The notes beneath the pieces are model-generated. The model saw nothing but the letters and a program-made list of their open reading frames with translations, did not search any database and had not been told where the DNA came from. A stretch of DNA of 64,000 nucleotides from NCBI GenBank assembly GCA_964016885.1, contig OZ024754.1:13082001-13146000 (forward strand), given 5' to 3'. A program made the translations under genes and the position numbers. This DNA is from Eledone cirrhosa. Taxonomy: Eukaryota. Below, piece after piece: positions 25,515 to 36,750 of the stretch (position 1 is its first letter; every line of letters begins with the position of its first letter).

Positions 25515-28341
25515 ATGACCTCATTCAGAATAGTCAGCATAAATGTGGGTGGCTTGGGGTCGTCATGGAAGCAGGGCCACCTGCTCAACGACCTCAGGTC
25601 ACTAAACATAGATGTAGTGGCCATCAGCGAGACCAGAATCTCCGAAGCACGGGCCTTCGCACCGATCTTCGGCGGCTACGATGTGTACGCATCTCCCAGC
25701 CGTCCTGGATCGGGGCAGGAGTTGCAGTGCTTTTTCGGAGAGGTTTGGATCTCGCCATACGGGCCATCTTCCTAGACCCAGAAGGTAAGTTGGTGGTGCT
25801 GGACGTGACCAGCGGAGACGGGTAAGCGTTCAGGCTAGTGGCCGTCTATGCCCCGACAGGAGCGGGGCGGCCTGATTTCTTCCGGCGTCTGGAGACCTTT
25901 CTAGGAACGTCCCGCTCTTTAGTTTTAGTGGGCGACTGGAACGGGATCTTAGATGCACGCTGGGACTGTGTGGGATTAGGGGAGGAGAGTGCAAGAGCCT
26001 CACCAACCTGCTCAGGCGTTTTGAACTATCTTACAGATACCGATTAGATTTCCCGAATGTGCCAATGTGGACTTGGACAAACCGTATCGGGTCATCCAGA
26101 ACATATCTAGATAGAATATTTTGTAGGGAAACAGATAGGTCTAGCAAAGGCTGTCCACAATTCAAGATAGTCAGCTACACGGACCACAAATTCGTGATCT
26201 GTGTGCTTGACTTAGATAGGCTTCATAGACGAGGACCCGGCTACTGGAAGCTTAGCGCGTCCTAACCAGCGCGCAAGGCCTACAGAGACCGGATTAGCAA
26301 ACTAGTTAAGCGAGCGTTGACGGGGGCCATCGTCAACAACAAGTGGTGGTTTGCTCAGAAAAGAGCGATTAGAATAGAGTCCATTAGGTTTAGTAAGGCT
26401 TTAGCTATAGAGAAAAATAGAGCAGAGGGAGAACTAGTTAGAAAATTAGAAGAGGCGCTTAGTAAAGGCATCGCGACCGACGTACTTGCGGCGAAATTGG
26501 CCATAATCAGGCCCATAACTCTGCTAAACACAGAGATCAAGATTTTGGCCAAGGTGCTAGCAAAGAGGTTGTCGCTTGTCGTTGGCGGTCTGGTGGGAGA
26601 GGCGCAGACATGCGCCATTCCCGACAGATCTATCCACGACAACCTCCACCTCATGCGATACATTGTAGAGAGGGTAGCTAGGTAACCTGGCACGGGTGGG
26701 TCCTTGATCAATTTAGATCAGTCGAAAGCTTTCGATAGGGTCGACCAACGTAACCTAGCGGCAGTCCTGGGTGCGGCTGGCTTTGGGCCCGTCTTCAGAG
26801 GATGGATCGCTACCATGCACAGCGACATCTGCTCTGTGGTGAGAGTGAACGGTGACCTTTCGGAACCGTTCAACATCATGCGCTCGGTCCGCCAAGGATG
26901 TCCCCTCTCGTCCCTCTTGTACGTATTGACTCTCGAGCCATTACTGCACAAACTGGAGACGTTGAGGGTGGTCCCGCGCGAACTAGGATGCGGAAGATCC
27001 GTGTCAGCATATGCGGACGATGTCACCGTAGTGGTGTCGAACGCCAAACACATCGAGGCGATCGGCACTACACTCAGAGAATACGAAGCAATGACAGGAG
27101 CAATGATCAACCAGGAAAAGTCAGTGGGCCTGCAGCTCGGCACCTGGAGAGGCAGGTCCATGCTGTCCAACAGCGTCGTCGGGCGTTGGACGGATGGACC
27201 GGTTAAATTGCTAGGGGTCTGGTTCGGTCCGGACCTCCAGACGGACAAAAACTGGGATGAGGTGACGTGCAGGGTGGCTTCTCTCACCCAGAAATGGGCG
27301 GAGAGGAAGCTATCCCTGAAAGGTCGAGCGGAGGTGGCTAACGCGTACATCGCGTCCGTCATCTACTACCGTCTGACCGTCGTACCTTGTCCTAAGCCCC
27401 GCCTGACTGCGCTGGAGCGTTTGCTCTTTCGCTTTTTGTGGAAGGGACGCGCTCCGATGGTCAGGCGGTCCATCTGCTGTCAACACCCGCTACGTGGTGA
27501 GCTGGGCATGCCGTGGCTGATGATGCGCAGACACGCGCTCAGGCTACGACATCTCCACCTCTTCCTCGACGGTGATCAGGTGTGGTCGCCGTTTGTTAGA
27601 CGCTTCTTTCCCCAGCTCGTCTCCTTGACGGAGCTGCAGTCCTGGGTCAAGTGAAGACCGAGAGGGAACACTTGGAGACTGGAATGTCTTCAGGCGCTCA
27701 CAGCCCTCGACCAATCGAGCAATGTGATCGGTGGAAACTCCACCTCGGCGTTCTATAGAGGATTAGTGGAGGGGACGACGTACTTGGGGAAACTATAGGC
27801 GTCGACGAAAATCAACTAGCCAATCTCTTCGGAAGAACTTTCGGGCCGGGGCCTATGGACAGAAATCCCTGGCCTGCCAGTTCGGGATAAACTCTACAGG
27901 CATGGAGGTGTCGTCAACCGGGCATGCCCGAGATGCGCGCAGGGCGACGAAACCGTCCTGCACGCACTCGTCCAGTGTCCGAGCATTGCTGACTTGTGGG
28001 TTTATGTCGAACACCGGCTGTCGCGTGTAGGGCGGATCCGGCCATCAGCTGAGTCCATCGTGAGGATTGCCCCACCCTCTTCCTTTAGCCGGGAAGGGCA
28101 GGCAGTTTTTATCTGTCTGGTGGCCATGGCGAAAGAGATAGTATGATGGACACGTTTGAAAGGGCTGAAGACGAGCACTTACCTCTTCGGTGATGCCCTG
28201 ATTGACTTTTTCAAATTTAATTTGACAAGGAAAATTAGGGTAGAGAGGGAAGTGCTCTCTTCCCAGCCGTTTGTTGAAAGATGGGTGAGAGAAGCAAGAA
28301 TGGCGCGAGTGAATGGGCCTACTCTGAGTATGTGTCTGTAA
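25515..28341 (+). pseudogene. Tx1-like ORF2 (APE endonuclease + RT, disrupted)
   Basis: SINVGGL, AISET, VYAP, GDWN, TDH, DQSKAFD, RQGCPLS, AYADD and CPRC..ETVLHALVQC are split by stops/frameshifts, with an internal deletion near 26502. Confidence 0.92.
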
Positions 28342-28814
28342 ATTAAAGGTGGAAAACTGGGAGAGGGCACTTGCCCTGGTGGTCAGGGTCACTGTGGCTT
28401 TTTAATGGGCTTTCTCCACGAATGTCCTTCGGAAGTCTCCCCCCTATTTGGGAATTTTTCATTGTCATTTTTATTACATCCTCTGTTTTTTTTACACGCA
28501 GAAATGCCCATTTGTACCGTCCTGTATTGTCCTGTACTGTCCTTAATGTCTACTTTATGTAAACCCTTGAGGTTAATAAAGAAAGTATTATTATTATTAT
28601 TATTGACGAAAGTGGATGTACGTTTTTTGAAGCTCCGTGAGTAAGCAATTTTTGAGGATTAATTGTAGAGAATTGTTTATTTTTTGTACCGCTGAAGCAT
28701 TATAAGACATTAATTTGTATCCTGTGAAGGAATAACTCATAATATTTGGGCCTTTTGGCCCAAATATTTGAACTTTATTTTGAAAAAAATAATAATTTTT
28801 TTCTCAAAAAAAAC

Positions 28815-30677
28815 ATGGCGGAGCCACGCCCCCTAGAGGCGGGTCTGCTGTCGTGCAACGGCGACTTGAGCGTTGAGAGGAGAGGTGAGGCGAGGAGCGC
28901 CACCAGCACGAATGTGAGCAGCGACAGTGCCAGCACCAACGGGCCGAGCGGCGCGGAAGGTGGTAACAGCGACAACACCAACACCAACAAGCCGAACAGC
29001 GCAGAAGGTGGTAATAGCGAGAGCACCAACAAGGCCAACAGCACAGAAGGTAACCACGACACAGGGGAGAACAACAACAGCAATAGCAGCAGCAACACCA
29101 ACAAGAACAACAACAGTGACAACACCAACAAGAACACTTTCGCTGCTGTGGCAGCGGCTAAAAGGAGACCATGCTACAGCATCGACTTAACCAACAGAGA
29201 GGAAAAGTTGGCCCAGGCCTGGAAAATCATAAATCAAGAGCAGACCTGGGCAAACTTAACTGTCCCGGCAGAAGCCATTGAGGCAGTGGAAAAAAGAACG
29301 GTGCATTTCAGATGCATCTCAGTAGAGACAAAGAGGGCAGCGATAATCGCCCAAGCTGACATAGAAGCCGCACTGAAACACATCAGAGAGGACACAGACT
29401 TCATAGAGAGGGGCAGGCAATACGGCACCGTTTCGGTGCTGTTCAAGTCTGAAGCCCTCGCTGTGAAGCATTCAATGACCCCTTGCAAAACCAGCAAGGT
29501 CATAATGTACCCCTCCCACATGGGAAAACGAATAGCACGTGTGCGCATTCCCAGGATTCCACCAGGACTTGATATGTGGTGGCTCCTGGGTTGCGTAATC
29601 GTGGAAGGAACGGATACAGTCCCGGTAGAGGCAACGAGAACTGCCAGGGACGACTGGTCCGGGGTTGATCTGGAGATACTGCTCCAAATCAGACCCGAAA
29701 ACGTAAAAACAATCCCGGACCACATCCGCCTCCAAAACGGGAGGGTGTTGCATATAATGACTGAGGGCAAAAGGCCGCATTGTTTCCTTTGTGGGGAAAC
29801 GACACACTTGCGAGCCTTCTGCCCTCAACTGCCGAAAAGCGCAAGGGGTCGAAAGATTCCACTGCTGGCGACGCCGGGACAAGGACCACCAGCAACACCG
29901 TCAACAATGGAACCACCAAAATTGCACACCCAGGGGGGAAACGAGGAAAGCTCTCCCATTCCCCCTCCCCCCCAAAATACACACACGAACAAGAACATAA
30001 ACACTCACTCAGACACAAACACGCTCACAGCCACAGACCCCTCATCCTCCAGCAGTGAAGATGAGGGAAAACCAAAGTCCCCCAAAATACAAAAAACAAA
30101 ACACAAAAAAAAAAGAAATCCACAAAGCACAAACACCCCCACAAAAAAAAATACACACACCACCCACACAAACATTTTCCCCACAGCATCACCAACACAA
30201 CCACCAAAATCCCCCAAACGCAAACAAGCTAAACAGACACAAGAACAAATAGACACACAAACATCAGAAACTACAGACACCCCACCCACAACAAACGCAG
30301 ACACAATAGAAACAACACTAACAAAGCTATCACCACCACAATCACACGAACAAATAAAACCCGAGCAACAAAACATTAAAAACTTCGTGCTTGCCAGAAG
30401 GGCCAACAAGGAATTGATGGCCCATGTAGCACGAAGCACAAACATCGAAAAAGACGGGGAAACATTTGAAGCGAGCACATTTCGCGTACCAGATAATTTG
30501 CTTCTGATGCGAATGTCGCTCGCTTCATACAAAGAAATTCGAAAGAGCTTTCCTCGGGATGTGGGAACCCCGAACGTAAAACCCACGTCAAGACTATTAA
30601 AGGGGTTCCCAAAAGAAACCCCACAAACCATGGAGGTCGAACCACCCGACCTTCACAAGACCCCGGAAGGTAAGTAA
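28815..30677 (+). CDS. Tx1-like ORF1 nucleic-acid-binding protein (620 aa from first ATG)
   Basis: Open frame with ATG at 28815 (AACATGG), CCHC knuckle CFLCGETTHLRAFC and low-complexity basic flanks. Confidence 0.88.
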   Translation: MAEPRPLEAGLLSCNGDLSVERRGEARSATSTNVSSDSASTNGPSGAEGGNSDNTNTNKPNSAEGGNSESTNKANSTEGNHDTGENNNSNSSSNTNKNNNSDNTNKNTFAAVAAAKRRPCYSIDLTNREEKLAQAWKIINQEQTWANLTVPAEAIEAVEKRTVHFRCISVETKRAAIIAQADIEAALKHIREDTDFIERGRQYGTVSVLFKSEALAVKHSMTPCKTSKVIMYPSHMGKRIARVRIPRIPPGLDMWWLLGCVIVEGTDTVPVEATRTARDDWSGVDLEILLQIRPENVKTIPDHIRLQNGRVLHIMTEGKRPHCFLCGETTHLRAFCPQLPKSARGRKIPLLATPGQGPPATPSTMEPPKLHTQGGNEESSPIPPPPQNTHTNKNINTHSDTNTLTATDPSSSSSEDEGKPKSPKIQKTKHKKKRNPQSTNTPTKKNTHTTHTNIFPTASPTQPPKSPKRKQAKQTQEQIDTQTSETTDTPPTTNADTIETTLTKLSPPQSHEQIKPEQQNIKNFVLARRANKELMAHVARSTNIEKDGETFEASTFRVPDNLLLMRMSLASYKEIRKSFPRDVGTPNVKPTSRLLKGFPKETPQTMEVEPPDLHKTPEGK

Positions 30678-30706
30678 ACCTTTCCTCTCCCATTCATCCT
30701 GCCAGC

Positions 30707-33700
30707 ATGGCCATAAGAGTAGGAAGTTTAAATGTTCGTGGCCTGGGGTCGCCCTGGAAGCAAGGTCACTTGCTCAACGACCTCAGGTCACTAGGAATGG
30801 ATGTAATTGCCATCAGCGAGACCAGAATTTCCGACACACGCGCACTGGCGCCGATTTTCGACGATTATCAGATCTTTGCATCTGTTAGTCGGCCGGGAAT
30901 GGGAGGTGGAGTGGCTGTGCTGTTTAGGAAATGTCTGGATCTCGAGGTAAGGTCAATCTTCCGGGATCCTGACGGAAAGTTGGTGGTCCTGGACGTGAGC
31001 AATAGCGAAGGTGGTGCCTTTAGACTGGTGGCCGTCTACGCCCCTACTGGGGCCGGTCGGCCGGACTTCTTTAGGCGCCTGGAAAACTTTCTGCTTACGT
31101 CTCGCCCTTTACTGTTAATAGGGGATTGGAATGGCATCTTAGAAGCACGCTGGGATTGTGTGGGAGTATCTGATAGGAGCGGGGGGTGCAAAAGCCTCAA
31201 GTACCTGATCAGCCAGTTTCAACTGTCTGACAGGTACCGACTAGATTTCCCTAATGCGCCAGTATGGACCTGGACCAATCGCATAGGGTCATCTAGATCG
31301 TACATAGATAGGATTTTCATTAGGAAAAGAGATAGAAATAGTGTAGGATGTCCACATTTTAAAACGGTTGCCTATTCAGATCACAAGCTTGTGATCTGTA
31401 TGGTCGACCTAGATAAGACACGTAGGTTAGGACCTAGCTACTGGAAGCTAAACATGTCGTTTCCGGCACGTAAAGCTTACAGGGACCGGGTCAACAACTT
31501 AGTTAAGCAAAAGTTGACAGGGGGGGTTGTCAACAACAGGTGGTGGGGGGCACTCAAAAGAGAGATTAGAGCAACCTCGATAGGATTTAGCAAAGAAGTA
31601 GCAATAGAGAAAAATAGAAAGGAGGAGGGGCTGATAGCTAAGTTAGACGAGGCTATTTGTAGTGGCATTGCAACAGACGTGCTAGCGGCGAGAATGGCAC
31701 TAGACCATTTCTTCAATGCGAAACACGAAGGTTGCATTGTCAGAGCTAAGGCGCGTGCTCTGAGGAACGAGGGAACCAAAGCTGCCCGATGGGCTCGCTT
31801 TGCAGAGACGCAGCGTGGAAATAAAACCACAATTCGGTCTTTGACGGATCGAGATGGACACGAACTGAGCGATTCCAAGCAGATGTGTGAGGCCTTTCGC
31901 CAGCACTTTGCTCGATTGTTCGGGAGGATGGGTGAGTCGGAGACGGCGGCGGACTTCAGTCCCTACCTCGACGGCTTGCCACGCCTCTCGACGGCCGACG
32001 CTGAGCGCTGCGAAGAGCCGATAACATCAGCCGAAATTCAGGACGCCCTTGTCGGCTGCTCGAGTCGCAAGTCACCCGGTTTGGATGGTCTGCCCTACGA
32101 GCTTTACGTAAATATGCCAGACTTGTTCTCCGATCTCCTCGAAGCGCTCTACTGCAACTGGCAGCAGAACGGGAGCATTCCCAGTTCTGTGAGCCGTGGC
32201 GTAGTGACGCTGATAAGGAAAGACGAGAACAAGAGGGACACACTAGATAATTTCAGGCCCATAACCCTGCTCAACACAGAGTTTAAGATTTTGGCCAAGG
32301 TGTTAGCGAAAAGGTTGGCGCTTGTCGTCAAAGATTTGGTTGGGGAGGCGCAAACTTGCGCAATCCCGACCAGGTCCATACACGACAACCTCCACCTCAT
32401 GCGATACATCATAGAGAGGGTTGGGTGCAAACCTGGCTTCGGTGGGGCTCTGATCAATTTAGATCAATCGAAAGCATTCGATAGGGTCGACCATCGGTAC
32501 TTGGAGGCTGTCCTCGAGGCGGCTGGCTTCGGCCCCGTCTTCAGAAGCTGGATCGCTGCAATGTACAGCGGCATCCGCTCGGTGGTCAAAGTTAATGGCC
32601 ACCTCTCGGAACCGTTTCAGATCTCTCGATCGGTCCGTCAAGGGTGCCCTCTCTCCTCCCTTCTGTACGTATTGACTCTTGAGCCTCTACTGCGGAAGCT
32701 GGAGTTGTTGCAGGGCATCCCGCTCGAACCGGGACGTAGAAAGGCTGCGTCCGCTTATGCGGACGACATCACCGTGATGGTGTCGGACACCTCGGAAATC
32801 GAGTTGATCCGCACCCATTTGGAGGAATATGAAAGGTTGACGGGAGCAAAACTTAACCCGGAAAAGTCGGTGGGCTTGCAGCTCGGCACCTGGAGAGGCA
32901 AGTCCATGCCGTCCAACAGCGTCGTTGGGCGCTGGACAGACGGACCGGTAAAGTTGCTCGGGGTTTGGTTCGGACCAGACCTCCAGGTGGATAAGAATTG
33001 GGACGAGGTGACGAGCAGGATAGCCAACCTCACCCAGAAATGGGCTGAGAGAAAGCTATCACTGAAAGGGCGGGCGGAGGTGGCGAACGCGTACATCGCG
33101 TCCGTCATCTACTACCGCCTGACCGTCGTGCCTTGCCCCCGTCCACGCCTCGCCAATTTGGAACGGCTCCTTTTCAAATTTTTGTGGAGGGGACGGGTCC
33201 CGTTGGTGAGGCGGTCCATCTGCTGCCAGCACCCTCTTCGTGGAGGGCTGGGCATGCCGTGGCTAATGATGCGCAGACATGCGCTGAGGCTGCGACATCT
33301 CCAGATATTTTGCCTAAACGGTGAACAGGTGTGGTCGCCGTTTGTTAGACGGGCCTTTCCGCAGCTCATCTCTTTGACTGAGCTGCAGTCCTGGGTCAAG
33401 AAGAGACCGAGACTGGGCGACTGGCATCTGGAATGTTGCCAGGCGCTCACTGCACTCTGCAAGGTGGGCAATGCGGTCAGTGGAACTTCCACTCAAGATT
33501 TCTATAGAGGATTAGTGGAGGGCAAGTGCGATGACGTACTAGGAGAGGCTCTGGGCGTCAACGAAGTAGAACTGACCAGTATGTTCCGGAGGACTTTCGA
33601 GCCGGGGACGATGGATAACTTCCAGAAATCCCTCGCTTGGCAGTGCTACCGGGGGGCGCTGCCGGTTCGGGATAAACTCTACAGGCACGGAAGTGCTGTC

Positions 33701-34126
33701 AGACGAACCTGCCCGAGATGCGCGCAGAGCGACGAAACCGTTCTGCACGCACTCGTCCAGTGTCCGTGCATTGCTGACTTGTGGGGTTATGTCGAACAGC
33801 TATTGTCGCGTGTAGAACGGATCCGGCTATCGTCCGAGTCCATAGTGAAGATTGACCCGCCGCCTTCTTTTGGTCAGGAAGGGCAGGCAATTTTCCTCTG
33901 CCTGGTGGCAGTAGCGAAAGAGGTTGCATGGTGGACCAGGTTGAAAGGACTGAAGACAGACACTTTTCTCTTCGGCCAATCCCTCATCAACTTCTTCAAG
34001 TTTCACTTGGAAAGGAAGGTGAGGGTGGAGAGAGAAGTGCTGCCCCCCAGTACATTTACTGAAAGGTGGGTGAATGTGGCGAGAATGGCCCGCGTGAGTG
34101 GGCCTACTCTGGTCATGCGCCTGTAG
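30707..34126 (+). CDS. Tx1/L1-like ORF2: AP endonuclease, reverse transcriptase, C-terminal CCHC domain (1139 aa)
   Basis: SLNVRGL, ISET, VYAP, GDWN, YIDR, SDH; KSPGLDG, FRPITLLN, DQSKAFD, RQGCPLS, AYADD, GGLG; CPRC....ETVLHALVQC. Confidence 0.97.
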   Translation: MAIRVGSLNVRGLGSPWKQGHLLNDLRSLGMDVIAISETRISDTRALAPIFDDYQIFASVSRPGMGGGVAVLFRKCLDLEVRSIFRDPDGKLVVLDVSNSEGGAFRLVAVYAPTGAGRPDFFRRLENFLLTSRPLLLIGDWNGILEARWDCVGVSDRSGGCKSLKYLISQFQLSDRYRLDFPNAPVWTWTNRIGSSRSYIDRIFIRKRDRNSVGCPHFKTVAYSDHKLVICMVDLDKTRRLGPSYWKLNMSFPARKAYRDRVNNLVKQKLTGGVVNNRWWGALKREIRATSIGFSKEVAIEKNRKEEGLIAKLDEAICSGIATDVLAARMALDHFFNAKHEGCIVRAKARALRNEGTKAARWARFAETQRGNKTTIRSLTDRDGHELSDSKQMCEAFRQHFARLFGRMGESETAADFSPYLDGLPRLSTADAERCEEPITSAEIQDALVGCSSRKSPGLDGLPYELYVNMPDLFSDLLEALYCNWQQNGSIPSSVSRGVVTLIRKDENKRDTLDNFRPITLLNTEFKILAKVLAKRLALVVKDLVGEAQTCAIPTRSIHDNLHLMRYIIERVGCKPGFGGALINLDQSKAFDRVDHRYLEAVLEAAGFGPVFRSWIAAMYSGIRSVVKVNGHLSEPFQISRSVRQGCPLSSLLYVLTLEPLLRKLELLQGIPLEPGRRKAASAYADDITVMVSDTSEIELIRTHLEEYERLTGAKLNPEKSVGLQLGTWRGKSMPSNSVVGRWTDGPVKLLGVWFGPDLQVDKNWDEVTSRIANLTQKWAERKLSLKGRAEVANAYIASVIYYRLTVVPCPRPRLANLERLLFKFLWRGRVPLVRRSICCQHPLRGGLGMPWLMMRRHALRLRHLQIFCLNGEQVWSPFVRRAFPQLISLTELQSWVKKRPRLGDWHLECCQALTALCKVGNAVSGTSTQDFYRGLVEGKCDDVLGEALGVNEVELTSMFRRTFEPGTMDNFQKSLAWQCYRGALPVRDKLYRHGSAVRRTCPRCAQSDETVLHALVQCPCIADLWGYVEQLLSRVERIRLSSESIVKIDPPPSFGQEGQAIFLCLVAVAKEVAWWTRLKGLKTDTFLFGQSLINFFKFHLERKVRVEREVLPPSTFTERWVNVARMARVSGPTLVMRL

Positions 34127-34385
34127 GCTGGTGAATTCGAGAAGGAGAGGGGTGCCCTTCCCGGGTGCCCTAGGAGCGTCGGGTGGCTCAGGACTGGTGG
34201 GGTGCTTGAGTCAACCCTGGGTGGTGATCCCTCTTATTGGGGAACTTTCATTGTTGTATTTTTATTGTTATTTTGTTTTTGTTTTTTTGTTATTTATACT
34301 TACTCGATCTCTATGTAAACCCCCACTGTCCCTGTCTATTGTGTTGTCCCCTATATGTCGGCCCTTGTGGCCAATAAATGAAATC

Positions 34386-34393
34386 ATTATTAT

Positions 34394-34434
<41 letters not shown>

Positions 34435-34847
34435 ACAGTAGTAGTAGTAGTGGTGCCAGTAACAGTAGTAGTAGTAGTAGTGACAGTAACAGTAACAGTA
34501 GTAGTAGTAGTAGTAGTAGTAGTAATAGAAGTAGTAGTAGTAGTAATAGAAGTAGTAGTAGCAGCAGTAGTAGTAATTGTAGTAGTAGTAGTAATTGTAG
34601 GAGTAGTAGTAGTAGTAATAGAAGTAGTAGTAGTAGTAGCAGTAGTAGTAGTAGTAGTAGTAGTAGTAGCAGCAGCAGTAGTAGAAGTAGTAGTAGAAGT
34701 AGTAGTAGTAGCAGCAGTAGTAGTAGTAGCAGCAGCAGTAGTAGTAGCAGTAGTAGTAATAGAAGTAGTAGTAGTAGTAGTAGTAGTAGCAGCAGCAGCG
34801 GCAGCAGTAGTAGTAGTAGTAGTAGCAGCAGCAGTAGTAGTAGTAGC

Positions 34848-34894
<47 letters not shown>

Positions 34895-34934
34895 AAGTAG
34901 TAGTAGTAGTAGCAGCAGCAGCAGTAGTAGTAGC

Positions 34935-34966
<32 letters not shown>

Positions 34967-35034
34967 CAGCAGCAGTAGTAGTAGTAGCAGTAGTAGTAGT
35001 AGTAGTAGTAGAAAAAGTAGTAGTAGTAGTAGTA

Positions 35035-35101
<67 letters not shown>

Positions 35102-35290
35102 CAGCAGCAGTAGTAGTAGCAGTTGTAGTAGTAGTAGTAGTAGTAGAAGTAGTAGTAGCAGTAGTAGTAGTAGTAGTAGCAGTAGTAGTAGCAGTAGTAG
35201 TAGCAGTAGTAGAAGTAGTAGTAGTAGTAGTAGCAGCAGTAGCAGTAGTAGTAGTAGTAGAAGTAGTAGTAGTAGTAGTAGAAGTAGTAA
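34386..35290. repeat. (ATT)3 followed by ~900-bp (AGT/AGC)n tract
   Basis: Directly visible. Confidence 0.95.
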
Positions 35291-35377
35291 CTAGGTTTAT
35301 CTTGTCTTTGGTGTTTGTTTAATTTATTTTTCTCTTCTCTTCATGTGATATCGTGTGGAACATAAATGACATTGAAT

Positions 35378-36500
35378 ATAGCATGTGTATATATAGTGTG
35401 TATATATATAGTGTGTATATATATAGTGTGTATATATATATATGGTGTATATATATATATAGTGTGTATATATATATCATGTGTGTATATATATAGTGTG
35501 TATATATATAGTGTGTATATATATATATGGTGTATATATATATATATAGTGTGTATATATATAGTGTGTATATATATATATGGTGTATATATATATATAG
35601 TGTGTATATATATAGTGTGTATATATATATCATGTGTGTATATATATAGTGTGTATATATATATTAAGCATGTACATATATATAGTGTGTATATATATAG
35701 TGTGTGTATATATAGCATGTATATATATAGTGTGTATATATATATCATGTATATATATATAGTGTGTATATATATATATAGCATGTATATATATAGTGTG
35801 TATATATATATAGCATGTATATATATAGTGTGTATGTATATAGTGTATATATATATAGTGTATATATATATAGCATGTATATATATAGTGTGTATATATA
35901 TAGCATGTATATATATATAGTGTGTATATATATATAGTGTATATATATATATATATAGCATGTATATATATAGTGTGTATGTATATAGTGTATATATATA
36001 TATAGTGTATATATATATAGCATGTATATATATAGTGTGTATATATATAGTGTATATATATAGTGTATATATATATAGTGTGTATATATAGTGTGTGTAT
36101 ATATATAGCATATATATATAGTGTGTATATATAGTGTATATATATATAGCATGTATATATATATATAGTTTGTATATATATAGTGTGTATATATATAGTG
36201 TGTATATATATATAGCATGTATATATATAGTGTGTATATATATATAGCATGTATATATATATAGCATGTATATATATATAGTGTGTATATATATATATAG
36301 TGTATATATATAGTGTGTATATTAGTGTGTATATATATAGTCTGTATATATATATAGTGTGTATATATAGTGTGTATATTAGTGTGTATATATATAGTCT
36401 GTATATATATATAGTGTGTATATATACATATATATATATATATGTATATATATGTGTGTGTGTATTGTGGATATGGTAGCATAGCTCTGTTTCTCACGTG

Positions 36501-36555
<55 letters not shown>

Positions 36556-36704
36556 GTCTACACACCTATATGTGTGTCAGGGATTCTATTGATCTCACTA
36601 TATACTCTCATAGATTATGTTTGACATTCTACCGTGTTTTGTGGTCACACTATACTGAAGACTGTCTCTCTCTCTCTCTTTCCCCCTTTCTCTCTCTTTC
36701 TCTA

Positions 36705-36750
<46 letters not shown>

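Larger units (their letters stand above)
23161..28586 (+). mobile_element. decayed, near full-length Tx1/L1-clade LINE (copy 1)
   Basis: ORF1 remnants and EN-RT ORF2 remnants homologous to 28605-34385, AATAAA at the 3' end, (ATT)n on both sides. Confidence 0.92.
28605..34385 (+). mobile_element. apparently intact Tx1/L1-clade LINE (copy 2)
   Basis: 5' UTR, two open ORFs, short spacer, 3' UTR with AATAAA, ATT repeats at both junctions. Confidence 0.95.

Noticed and set aside
28746-28814. ORF1 start at 28746 as in the ORF track
   Set aside because: TTG start; the first ATG in good context is at 28815
30670-30705. 36-nt intron fusing ORF1 and ORF2
   Set aside because: Very short, leaves ORF2 out of frame, and copy 1 has no AG at the equivalent position
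26355-33929. Antisense ORFs over the Tx1 elements
   Set aside because: Shadow frames of GC-balanced coding sequence with no independent motifs
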